Positions 53,239-61,517 of a stretch of 64,000 nt of DNA are shown piece by piece. The position numbers were made by a program, and so were the translations under genes. The number at the start of each line of letters is the position of its first letter. Positions within the stretch are counted from its first letter, which is position 1. Source of the DNA: Acidobacteriota bacterium (GTDB lineage Bacteria > Acidobacteriota > Aminicenantia > Aminicenantales > Saccharicenantaceae); contig JAWSUF010000007.1 of the NCBI GenBank assembly GCA_033549365.1, positions 19,154 through 83,153 of the forward strand, read 5' to 3'. The notes under the pieces are model-generated. The model was not told where the DNA came from, did no database searches, and was given only the letters and a program-made list of their open reading frames with translations.

Positions 53239-53323
53239 GTCTTTATCCGCCTCTCAGATCTGTCGGTGGTTGTCCCCTCCAGGCTTTCCCGAAACTTCGA
53301 AACAATTTTTGGGAAGAGATATC

Positions 53324-53875
53324 TTAATCGATTTTTCGGTAAAAATCCAGAACGTCGTCGCCGATGCGGGAGGTGCGGGCGAGGGCGAACTCCTTGATTT
53401 CCGGTGCGATCTTGAAATGGCGCCTCAGCACGATCAGTCCGGACGGGGCCAGGATGCCTCTTTTGAAGATGACCTTGAGAGGGTTTCTCTTCTCGAGGAG
53501 CCGGTAAGGAGGATCGAGAAAAACGATGTCGAAACAGGCGCCACGCCGGGCCAGTTCGATGACCGCCCTGTTGAACTCGCGATCGACAACAACGGCCAGA
53601 TCCTCCGCGTCGCAGCGGGCCAGGTTGTCCTTGATGATCTTCACGGCGGCGGGATATTCTTCAATGAAAACGGCCGTTTCCGCGCCCCGGCTCAGAGCCT
53701 CGATTCCGACGGATCCCGTCCCGGCGAAACCGTCCAGAAAGGTGCTTCCTTTGATGCTCTCGGCCAGAATGCTGAAAATCGCCCCCTTGAGTTTGTCCGG
53801 CATGGGCCGGACCCGGCTGTCGGGGACTCTTTTCAAACGGCGGCCCTTGTAGCGCCCGCTGATGACACGGATCAT
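53324..53875 (-). CDS. rsmD: 16S rRNA (guanine966-N2)-methyltransferase
   Basis: Motifs seen: MIRVISGRYKGRRL, RPMPDKLKGAIFSIL, DGFAGTGSVGIEALSRGA and VFLDPPY. Confidence 0.9.
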   Translation of the reverse strand: MIRVISGRYKGRRLKRVPDSRVRPMPDKLKGAIFSILAESIKGSTFLDGFAGTGSVGIEALSRGAETAVFIEEYPAAVKIIKDNLARCDAEDLAVVVDREFNRAVIELARRGACFDIVFLDPPYRLLEKRNPLKVIFKRGILAPSGLIVLRRHFKIAPEIKEFALARTSRIGDDVLDFYRKID

Positions 53876-53933
53876 ACCGACCGCCCTTGTTCATGATTCT
53901 TCATCATTCCCATCGTCTTCCACGTTTTCCCCA

Positions 53934-54503
53934 TCAATAATGCAGGGTCAGGGCGCCCTTGCCGATCGTGATTCTTTTGATGCCGTAGGGTATTCCGTAC
54001 CAGTCGTTGAGACCGCCCGCCGATCCCCGGTCCCCCGAAACGCCCTGAGCGAGGGCGGAGATCATGTCGAGCAGGGCCGGCTGAATCGGCTGGCCGTTGA
54101 GAAACAATCTGTCGATATGAAATCGGGCCCGGCCTTCGGACGATTCGAGGCGGCCCTCGAAGACAAACGGGAGAGGAGCCTGCAGGAAGGCGGGGACATG
54201 CTTCCCCTTAAGAAGAAGTACGGCTTTCCCCTCTACTTTGTCGCCGGGACGGAGCTTGAGGACGAGTTCCTGAAGCGGGTCGTCTCCGGCAGCCAGTTGG
54301 TAGGCGATGAAGGCATTCACGCACGGCTCGTCCACGACGGCCGTCCGAGCCCGGCTTCCGGCTTTTTTTCCGGCGCCGTCTATGGACTCCAGGAGACGAA
54401 TGACCTTCAGGGCCCGCTCGCGGACATCCGCGGGGAGATCTTGCGGAAAGAGTCCGGATGCGATCAGAGCAAGGCCCAGAATCACCGCCGGCACGATTTT
54501 CAT
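53934..54503 (-). CDS. Secreted hypothetical protein
   Basis: The signal peptide is MKIVPAVILGLALIASGLF. Confidence 0.5.
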   Translation of the reverse strand: MKIVPAVILGLALIASGLFPQDLPADVRERALKVIRLLESIDGAGKKAGSRARTAVVDEPCVNAFIAYQLAAGDDPLQELVLKLRPGDKVEGKAVLLLKGKHVPAFLQAPLPFVFEGRLESSEGRARFHIDRLFLNGQPIQPALLDMISALAQGVSGDRGSAGGLNDWYGIPYGIKRITIGKGALTLHY

Positions 54504-54552
54504 ACCTTAAAAGATATCAGAATTCCCGCAAACTGGAAAGGATTACCCTTCC

Positions 54553-54582
54553 TTGACAGGTTTGCGGGGCGTACACTATACT
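54553..54582 (+). promoter_or_regulatory. Near-consensus sigma70-type promoter upstream of thiC
   Basis: TTGACA (54553-54558), an 18-nt spacer, then TATACT (54577-54582). The thiC ATG at 54592 is only about 10 nt downstream, which would imply a leaderless or very short-leader mRNA. Confidence 0.3.
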
Positions 54583-54591
54583 GGCTTTACT

Positions 54592-55899
54592 ATGACCCAG
54601 CTCCAAAAAGCCCGCAAAGGCGCCCTCACCCAGCAGATGAAACAGGTCGCCCGCGACGAAAAAATGCCCGTTCAAACCCTTGTGGAAGGCATCGCTTCGG
54701 GAAAAATCGTCATCCCCTTCAATCCCGCCCATGCGCCGAAGCGTCCGGCCGGCATCGGGACCGGGCTCAGGACCAAGGTCAACGTCAACCTCGGGACATC
54801 GCGCGACTTTCCCGACGTCCGCGACGAGATCCGGAAAACGGACATCAGCATCGCCTACGGGACGGATGCCCTGATGGACCTCAGCACGGGCGGCGACCTC
54901 CGGAAGATCCGCCGGCGCATCCTGGCCCGCTCGACGGTTCCCCTGGGGACCGTGCCCATTTACCAGGCCGCCGTGGCCGCAATCGAAAGGCGGGGTTCGA
55001 TCGTCTCCATGACCGATGACGATCTTTTCGAAACCATTGAGGCTCAGGCCGAGGAAGGCGTGGACTTCATGACCGTCCACTGCGGACTGACCATCCGGGC
55101 CGTCGAAAGACTCAGGGCCCAGGGCCGCACGGCCGACATCGTCTCCCGCGGCGGCTCTTTTCACCTGGCCCTCATGCTTCACACCGGCCTGGAAAACCCC
55201 TTCTACGCCGGATTCGACCGTCTTCTTTCGATCGCCCGGCGCCACGACGTCACGCTTAGCCTGGGCGACGGACTGCGGCCCGGCTGTATCGCCGACGCCA
55301 CGGACCGGGCGCAGATCGAGGAACTTCTGACGCTCGGCGAACTGGTCCGCAGGTCGCGCGAGGCCGGCGTTCAGGTCATGGTCGAGGGACCCGGGCATGT
55401 CCCGCTCGACCAGGTCGTCATGAACATGAAGCTCCAGAAACGTGTCTGCGAGGAGGCTCCCTTCTACGTTCTCGGCCCTCTGGTCACGGATATCGCCCCC
55501 GGCTACGACCACATCGTGTCGGCCATCGGCGGCGCCCTGGCCGCCGCGGCGGGCGCCGATTTCCTCTGCTACGTCACACCGGCAGAACATCTCGGCCTTC
55601 CCACACCCGATGACGTCCGGGACGGTCTCATCGCCTCGCGGATCGCCGCCCACGCCGCCGACATCGTCAAGGGCGTTCCCGGCGCCCGCGAAAGGGACCT
55701 CGCCCTGTCCAAGGCCCGCAAAGCCCTGGACTGGGAGGCCCAGGAGAAACTCGTCATCGACCCGGAGAAATTCCGGAGCATCCGAAGGAAACGCAAGTCC
55801 AGGACAAAGGCCTGTTCCATGTGCGGGGATTTCTGCGCCATGCGCATCGTCACCGACTTCCTGAATCCCCGGGGAAAGGCCGATGGCGCCTGTTCGTGA
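54592..55899 (+). CDS. thiC: Phosphomethylpyrimidine synthase
   Basis: The N-terminus [22 protein letters not shown] is present, along with VNVNLGTS and VMVEGPGH. The C-terminal radical-SAM-type cluster motif [11 protein letters not shown] (CxxCxxxxC) is present. Confidence 0.9.
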   Translation: MTQLQKARKGALTQQMKQVARDEKMPVQTLVEGIASGKIVIPFNPAHAPKRPAGIGTGLRTKVNVNLGTSRDFPDVRDEIRKTDISIAYGTDALMDLSTGGDLRKIRRRILARSTVPLGTVPIYQAAVAAIERRGSIVSMTDDDLFETIEAQAEEGVDFMTVHCGLTIRAVERLRAQGRTADIVSRGGSFHLALMLHTGLENPFYAGFDRLLSIARRHDVTLSLGDGLRPGCIADATDRAQIEELLTLGELVRRSREAGVQVMVEGPGHVPLDQVVMNMKLQKRVCEEAPFYVLGPLVTDIAPGYDHIVSAIGGALAAAAGADFLCYVTPAEHLGLPTPDDVRDGLIASRIAAHAADIVKGVPGARERDLALSKARKALDWEAQEKLVIDPEKFRSIRRKRKSRTKACSMCGDFCAMRIVTDFLNPRGKADGACS

Positions 55900-56785
55900 C
55901 GCGCTCCTTTTCGGAACGGCCGGCGTCCCCCATACCGCCGCCGACACCTCGACTCTATCCGCGCTTGACAGAATCAAGGCACTCGGCCTGGACTGCCTCG
56001 AGATCGAGTTCGTCAAGGGCGTCAAGATGGGCGGGGATACGGCGGCCCGCATCAAGGAGAAGGCCGAAGCCCTCGGCCTGGCTCTGAGCGCCCACGCCCC
56101 CTACTACATCAACCTCAATTCCGAAGATGCGGGAAAACGCCTCTCCAGCCAGGAAAGGATCCTGACCACGGTCCGAACGGCCGCCCTCTGCGGCGCCCGG
56201 AGCGTCGTCTTTCATGCCGGCTTTTACGGCCGGGAGACTCCCGATCGGGCCTTCGCCGAAATCCGGAGAGAGCTCGAGGCCGTCCTGTCCATCGTCCGCA
56301 CCGAACGCCTGCCCGTCACACTCCGCATCGAGACCATGGGCAAGAAATCCCAGTTCGGTTCCCTGGAGGAAGTCCTGTTCCTCTGCCGGGAGCTTGAGGG
56401 TCTCGAACCCTGCCTCGACTTCTGCCACATCTATGCCCGGGAGGGCAAGGTCAACAGCTATCCGGAGTTTCACAGGGTTCTCCGCAAGGTCGAAAAAAAG
56501 CTCGGGCGGGCCGCCCTCCGGAACGTCCACATTCATATCGCCGGGGTGGAATTCAACGCCTCGGGGGAAATCCGGCATCTCGACCTCGTCGACTCCGGGT
56601 TCCGCTACGACGAATGGATCCAGGCGCTCCGGGATTTCGGCACGGCCGGGATGGTCATCTGCGAAAGCCCCAATCTGGAGACCGACGCGCTGATGCTCAA
56701 AAAACTCCACGCGGCTCAGGAAATCAAGGGATCCGTCGGGCCGGACCGCAAACCCGGCACCGCCGCCTTCGGCCGCGGGCGTTAA
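55883..56785 (+). CDS. Xylose-isomerase-like TIM-barrel protein, endonuclease IV (AP endonuclease 2)-like
   Basis: [27 protein letters not shown] and HIHIAG follow the metal-ligand pattern of the Nfo/TIM-barrel family. Confidence 0.65.
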   Translation: MAPVRDALLFGTAGVPHTAADTSTLSALDRIKALGLDCLEIEFVKGVKMGGDTAARIKEKAEALGLALSAHAPYYINLNSEDAGKRLSSQERILTTVRTAALCGARSVVFHAGFYGRETPDRAFAEIRRELEAVLSIVRTERLPVTLRIETMGKKSQFGSLEEVLFLCRELEGLEPCLDFCHIYAREGKVNSYPEFHRVLRKVEKKLGRAALRNVHIHIAGVEFNASGEIRHLDLVDSGFRYDEWIQALRDFGTAGMVICESPNLETDALMLKKLHAAQEIKGSVGPDRKPGTAAFGRGR

Positions 56786-56867
56786 CGGCCCTGGGGGGCA
56801 ACGCCCGCTGGGAATCCGGCGTTTTTGAGAGCGTGTGATGTTTTCTATCAGGAAAGGAGTTTTATCC

Positions 56868-58268
56868 ATGACCGTCAGGCATGCGATCGTCCTGTCTCTT
56901 CTTTTCGGCTTCTCCTCATTATATGTGACGGCAACAGGGTCAACCGATGACATCACCCGCCCGGACGTCCGGTTCCCGGATACGGCGGCCGGGAAAGCCG
57001 CGGCGGCCTATTTCGAAGCCTTCAACGCCGGTGAAGGGGCCATGCGGAAGTTTTTTGAAGCCTTTTCATCTCGGGACTCCCTCCGGGAAATTCCCATCAA
57101 GATCCGCCTGGACCGCTATCGGAAAATGCGCGGGCAGCTCGGTTCGCTCGAACCCCTGGAGATCCTCGCATCCGGGACGAACGCCCTGAGCGTGACCGCC
57201 GAGGACCGGGGCGGCCGCCTTCTGCAACTCGATTTCGAGTTCGAGGCCTTGGAGCCCCACGGCCTCCTGGGTATCCGCATCGAGGCCCTGGCCGCCCGCG
57301 AGGGCATGGCTCCGCCGCCCGATCCCAAGGCGGACGATGCCGAACTCGCGGCGGCGGTCCGGAATCATCTCCGTTCACTGACCGAGGCCGGGGAATTTTC
57401 GGGTGTCGTCCTCATCGCCCGGAACGGCGAGCCCTTTTTCGAGGAGGCCTTCGGCTGGGCCGACCGGGAGAAAAAAATCCCGAACCGGACGGACACGCGG
57501 TTCAACGTGGGATCGATCAACAAGTCCTTCACCAGCCTGGCCGTCCGAATGCTGGCCGCGGAAAACAAGCTGTCCCTCGACGACACCATCGGCGCGTTTT
57601 TGCCGGACTATCCCAACCAGGACGCGGCGGCCAAGGTCACGGTCCGCCAGCTCATCGCCATGACGTCCGGGATCGGCGACTTTTTCGGCGAGCGATACCA
57701 GGCGGCCGACCGATCCAAAATCCTGACCCTGGCCGACTACCTCCCCCTCTTCGCCGACAATCCCCTGGCCTTCGAACCGGGCTCCGGCAATCTCTATTCG
57801 AACGGCGGTTACATCGTGCTCGGCCTGATCATCGAAAAGGTCACGGGCATCGATTATTACACCTGGATCCGGGACAAGATCTATGCGCCGGCCGGCATGA
57901 CGGATTCCGGCTGGCCCGCCCGGGACGCCGACGTTCCCAACCGGGCGGTCGGCTATGTCCGTGACGGCTCTTCCTGGAAAACGAACCTCGACACGCTGCC
58001 GGGACGGGGAAGCTCGGCCGGAGGCGGCTATGCCACGGCCCGCGACCTCCTGAATTACACGATCGCGCTCGAAAACGGGCTGTTCGGGGAGGCCGGCGAG
58101 GCGCGCCAGGGCGGGATGGGCATCGCCGGCGGAGCGCCGGGCCTGAACGCCGCCCTCGAATGGATGCCCGAGAGCGGCATCACGATCGTCGTCATGGCCA
58201 ACCTCAGCCCCCCGGCCGCCGGCCGCGTCGCCCGGCAGATCCGGGCCTGGCTCCCGCGCTCTAGATGA
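56868..58268 (+). CDS. Serine hydrolase of the beta-lactamase / PBP family
   Basis: A signal peptide is present. The SxxK motif is in FNVGSINKSFTS, and YSNGGY is downstream. The start follows the GAAAGGAG RBS. Confidence 0.8.
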   Translation: MTVRHAIVLSLLFGFSSLYVTATGSTDDITRPDVRFPDTAAGKAAAAYFEAFNAGEGAMRKFFEAFSSRDSLREIPIKIRLDRYRKMRGQLGSLEPLEILASGTNALSVTAEDRGGRLLQLDFEFEALEPHGLLGIRIEALAAREGMAPPPDPKADDAELAAAVRNHLRSLTEAGEFSGVVLIARNGEPFFEEAFGWADREKKIPNRTDTRFNVGSINKSFTSLAVRMLAAENKLSLDDTIGAFLPDYPNQDAAAKVTVRQLIAMTSGIGDFFGERYQAADRSKILTLADYLPLFADNPLAFEPGSGNLYSNGGYIVLGLIIEKVTGIDYYTWIRDKIYAPAGMTDSGWPARDADVPNRAVGYVRDGSSWKTNLDTLPGRGSSAGGGYATARDLLNYTIALENGLFGEAGEARQGGMGIAGGAPGLNAALEWMPESGITIVVMANLSPPAAGRVARQIRAWLPRSR

Positions 58269-58433
58269 CAGTTGGCTCGACCGCTATTAAGGACCCTTAA
58301 AAGATAATCCTCCACGCTTGGCGGAGCTGGAACGAAAGGCGGGGTTCCCGGAAGTCGCCGGGGCAAAGCGGATCAGAATCGCTGAAGGGCCGTCAGGTCG
58401 GATCGGACATAACTGGGAAATCGCCCCGGGCAG

Positions 58434-58790
58434 TTATCCTTCGACTGCAGGCCGGGTCTTTTGCGCCGCCGCGGCATAGGCAAAGCCGTAAAAATAGCCG
58501 CGCCACGATCTCTCCGTCGAGCGGAACTCGTTATCCCCCATGAAATAGTCCAGAAGAACTTCTCTCAAACGGGTCATTTCCTTCAGCCGCGACTTGTGGC
58601 GCGGATCGCCGATGGTCAGTCCCAGCAACTCCAGCGCCCGTTCCAAGGCCAGGCGGCTGTACTCAAGATTGCCCTTTTCCCTCCAATTGAGGGCCCGTTC
58701 GACCTCGCTGCCGACGTTGGCCAACTGTTCCATGAGTGAGAACGCCTGCCACCGGCCGGCCGCCAGAGAGGGGTGGGCAACAGCCGTCAT
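58434..58790 (-). CDS. Conserved hypothetical protein (118 aa), partner of the DUF5674-like gene
   Basis: Its start forms an ATGA overlap with the stop of the C-terminal frame of the upstream DUF5674-like gene. Confidence 0.55.
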   Translation of the reverse strand: MTAVAHPSLAAGRWQAFSLMEQLANVGSEVERALNWREKGNLEYSRLALERALELLGLTIGDPRHKSRLKEMTRLREVLLDYFMGDNEFRSTERSWRGYFYGFAYAAAAQKTRPAVEG

Positions 58791-59094
58791 TTCACCAGCT
58801 CCTCGACAATACTCAGGATCGCTTCCCGGGTCTCCGGATTATCGACGCCTCGCGATCTGTTCCCCTGCGAAGGCCTGATGTTGATGACCGAATCATATTC
58901 AATGCGGTCGGGCATTTATCCTCCTGGCGGGAGCCGGACCCGAGGAGAAGCGCCTCCTCGTCGGCATGAAGCTCTCCGTCGACGGCCATGATCTTCTTTT
59001 CCACGTCAACCACGGCTTTGACAAGATTCCCGAACAGGCCTTGGGCCATGAGCTTGAAGTCGTCCAAAGGCACCGGCGCATCGATGATCTTCAT
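58787..59094 (-). pseudogene. DUF5674-like gene split by a frameshift (or two-piece gene)
   Basis: The N-terminal frame reads MKIIDAPVPLDDFKLMAQGLFGNLVKAVVDVEKKIMAVDGELHADEEALLLGSGSRQED. The conserved C-terminal part, DRIEYDSVINIRPSQGNRSRGVDNPETREAILSIVEELVK, continues in another frame after about 58905-58925 and ends at 58787. The family assignment is from memory. Confidence 0.5.
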
Positions 59095-59442
59095 GGCTTC
59101 TTTATACCACAAAATGGCCCCCATGTGATCATCACCGATTGGGCTCTCCACAGCCTCCGCGGCGTTATCCCCATCTACAACAGGACAGGACAAGTCGAAA
59201 CGGGGCATGTTCTGGAGACCTCTATCCTGTTCGGTCTCGAACGCCGAGGCGCCGCGGCTGCGGTGGGAACAGCCGGGTTCGTGTTCGGTCTGCCGGTCAA
59301 CCTGTCTTTCTTCGGCCGGGCCTGGAGCGAGCCGATCCTGATCTAGTTTGCCTACGCTTTCGAACAGGCCGTCCGGGCCCGCCGCCCGCCGGGATTCCTG
59401 AATACCCTCTCTCTCTGACGGTCCGGTCTGTCTCCCGGCCGG

Positions 59443-60219
59443 TCAATAAATGACCGGGCCCAGAGTGTCCCGGTGAGTTGAAATCAGTGTCCGCATGTAC
59501 AGGCCGACGCCCGCGGCGCTTGGGAAACCCGCATCGCGGGCGGCCTTGTCGCTGACTTCGCGGGGGATCTTGGCGCTGTCGGCGTATTCATACCAGTCTT
59601 TGTAGGCCCCCAGGGTCACAACATCCCAGGCCGCTCCGGCCGCGTGAGTGAAAATGAGCGTCTGTCCCCTGCCCCTGAGGCGGTTGTAGGTGTTTTCCAT
59701 GCGACGCTCCTCGACCAGATTCTCGAACTTTCCGGGAAGCGACTGCATCATCTCGAAGTGAACAAGCCCCTTGCCCTCGAGAAACCCGCGCAGCACATCG
59801 ACTTCGGGTCCCATGACGAAGAGGTCCTCGTGCCATAAAAGAAGAGGCCGGATTTCAGCCAGCACGGCTTCGGCTCTCCGGCCGTTGGCCTCCGTCACCC
59901 GGAAGGGGGCATGGCCGTCCAGCGGATAGATAACCAGGAGGTCCCAGTGATCGCCCTGGTGATGTTGAACGATGATCGGGCGCTCCTCGCCCTCTTCCGT
60001 CATCGAGTCCCCGATCTTCTTAAGCGAATTCATGAGCTCCAGCATGCTCCCCGGACCCGCCTGGAGCATGGCGAACCGGTAAAGATACGTCCCCTCGCGC
60101 CGCTCGGCGGGAATGTCGTCGCCGACGGAAACATGCGCGAATCCGACATTCAACAAAGCTGAAAACACAACAATTGAAATCGCCGGGATCGAGAATCTCT
60201 TCAAGAATATGCTCAACAT
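59443..60219 (-). CDS. Secreted hypothetical protein
   Basis: The signal peptide is MLSIFLKRFSIPAISIVVFSALLNVGFA. Confidence 0.5.
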   Translation of the reverse strand: MLSIFLKRFSIPAISIVVFSALLNVGFAHVSVGDDIPAERREGTYLYRFAMLQAGPGSMLELMNSLKKIGDSMTEEGEERPIIVQHHQGDHWDLLVIYPLDGHAPFRVTEANGRRAEAVLAEIRPLLLWHEDLFVMGPEVDVLRGFLEGKGLVHFEMMQSLPGKFENLVEERRMENTYNRLRGRGQTLIFTHAAGAAWDVVTLGAYKDWYEYADSAKIPREVSDKAARDAGFPSAAGVGLYMRTLISTHRDTLGPVIY

Positions 60220-60272
60220 GACTTTTCCTCCTTGATGATATCTATCTATTGTTCGAAGATAGCGCCGGGCCT

Positions 60273-61517
60273 CTATCTCCGGTCGAAGACGGTTTTTCCG
60301 CCGATCATGACGACGACCGCCCGGGCCGGCTCCCGGAAGGGATTGCCGTCGAAAATCGCCATGTCCGCAAATTTTCCCGCTTCCAGGCTGCCGATCCGGT
60401 CAACGGCGCCGAAGATCCCGGCCGGGCTGACGGTGACGGCCCGGAGCGCTTCCTCCCAGGGGAGGCCGTGGGCGACGGCGGATCGGACATGCGAAAGAAG
60501 ATCGCCCGAAAGACCCGCAGAGCCCGTCTGAAAGGCGAATCGGACGCCGGCCTCGAAAAGGACCGCGGCGGATCCGTATTCCGCACGGGCCGTCTCTTCG
60601 GTCGGTCCGGCGGCATCGGCCGGCCTGAGAAGAACGGAAATCCCGGAGGCGGCCAGCCGTTCCTTGACCCTATGAGCCTCGGCCCCTCCGCTGATAATGA
60701 GTTTCAGTCCGAATTCTTCGGCGATCCGAAGCGCCGTAAGGATGTCGTCCATCCTGTTGGCGTTGAGGACAAGAGGACTCTCTCCCTTGACAATAGGGAT
60801 GAGAACATCCAAACGGGAATCCGCGGCGGGAGGTACGCGGAATCCGGCACGTTTCCTGTCATGGTCTTCGAGGAGGGCGATGCGATTCCGGACGTCCCAC
60901 AGCGTCTGCCTCAGGAGGGCCGCCGAACCCATCCGGGTCTGGGGAGACCGGCCCTTCGTTCCATATCTCATTTTAGGCGGCTCACCCAGACTGCCGTGAA
61001 CCGCGACCGGGAACCGGACGATCATGTCCGCGACATCATCGCCCGAGAGCCGGATGAGCGCGCTTTGTCCGGAGAGGAGATTCCCCAGGGCCGGGGCGGC
61101 CAGGGCCGCCGTCAGGCCGGATGTCCGGGCGCGGGCGATAAATTCGCTTCCGGGATCGACGGCATCGACGATCCGGAGTTGGGGCGTGATCGGATCCGTC
61201 GCCTCATCGGAATCTCCGCCCCGGGACGGCCGGTCGGCCGCGCCCAGATCGGTCAGGGCATCGATGAATCCGGGAAAAATCCAACCGCCCGGAACATCGA
61301 CGATTTTCGCCTCCTCCGGAACGGCGACATCCTTTCCGACGGCAACGATGAGGCCGTCCCGGACAAGCACGATACCGCCCTCGACAATCTCCCCCGTCCC
61401 GGTCACGACCTTTGCGCCGCGAACGGCCGTCGTCTCTCCGGCCGCCGCGGGAACCGTGATAAGCAGAACGGCGGCGAAAACGGCCGCCGCCGTCATCTTA
61501 CTTTGAACCCGCGACAT
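60273..61517 (-). CDS. Amidohydrolase-fold protein lacking the HxH metal motif
   Basis: I chose the start MSRVQSKMTAAAVFAAVLL (signal peptide). It is paralogous to the modules of the upstream gene. The position equivalent to HxH reads PGFIDALTDLG. Confidence 0.75.
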   Translation of the reverse strand: MSRVQSKMTAAAVFAAVLLITVPAAAGETTAVRGAKVVTGTGEIVEGGIVLVRDGLIVAVGKDVAVPEEAKIVDVPGGWIFPGFIDALTDLGAADRPSRGGDSDEATDPITPQLRIVDAVDPGSEFIARARTSGLTAALAAPALGNLLSGQSALIRLSGDDVADMIVRFPVAVHGSLGEPPKMRYGTKGRSPQTRMGSAALLRQTLWDVRNRIALLEDHDRKRAGFRVPPAADSRLDVLIPIVKGESPLVLNANRMDDILTALRIAEEFGLKLIISGGAEAHRVKERLAASGISVLLRPADAAGPTEETARAEYGSAAVLFEAGVRFAFQTGSAGLSGDLLSHVRSAVAHGLPWEEALRAVTVSPAGIFGAVDRIGSLEAGKFADMAIFDGNPFREPARAVVVMIGGKTVFDRR

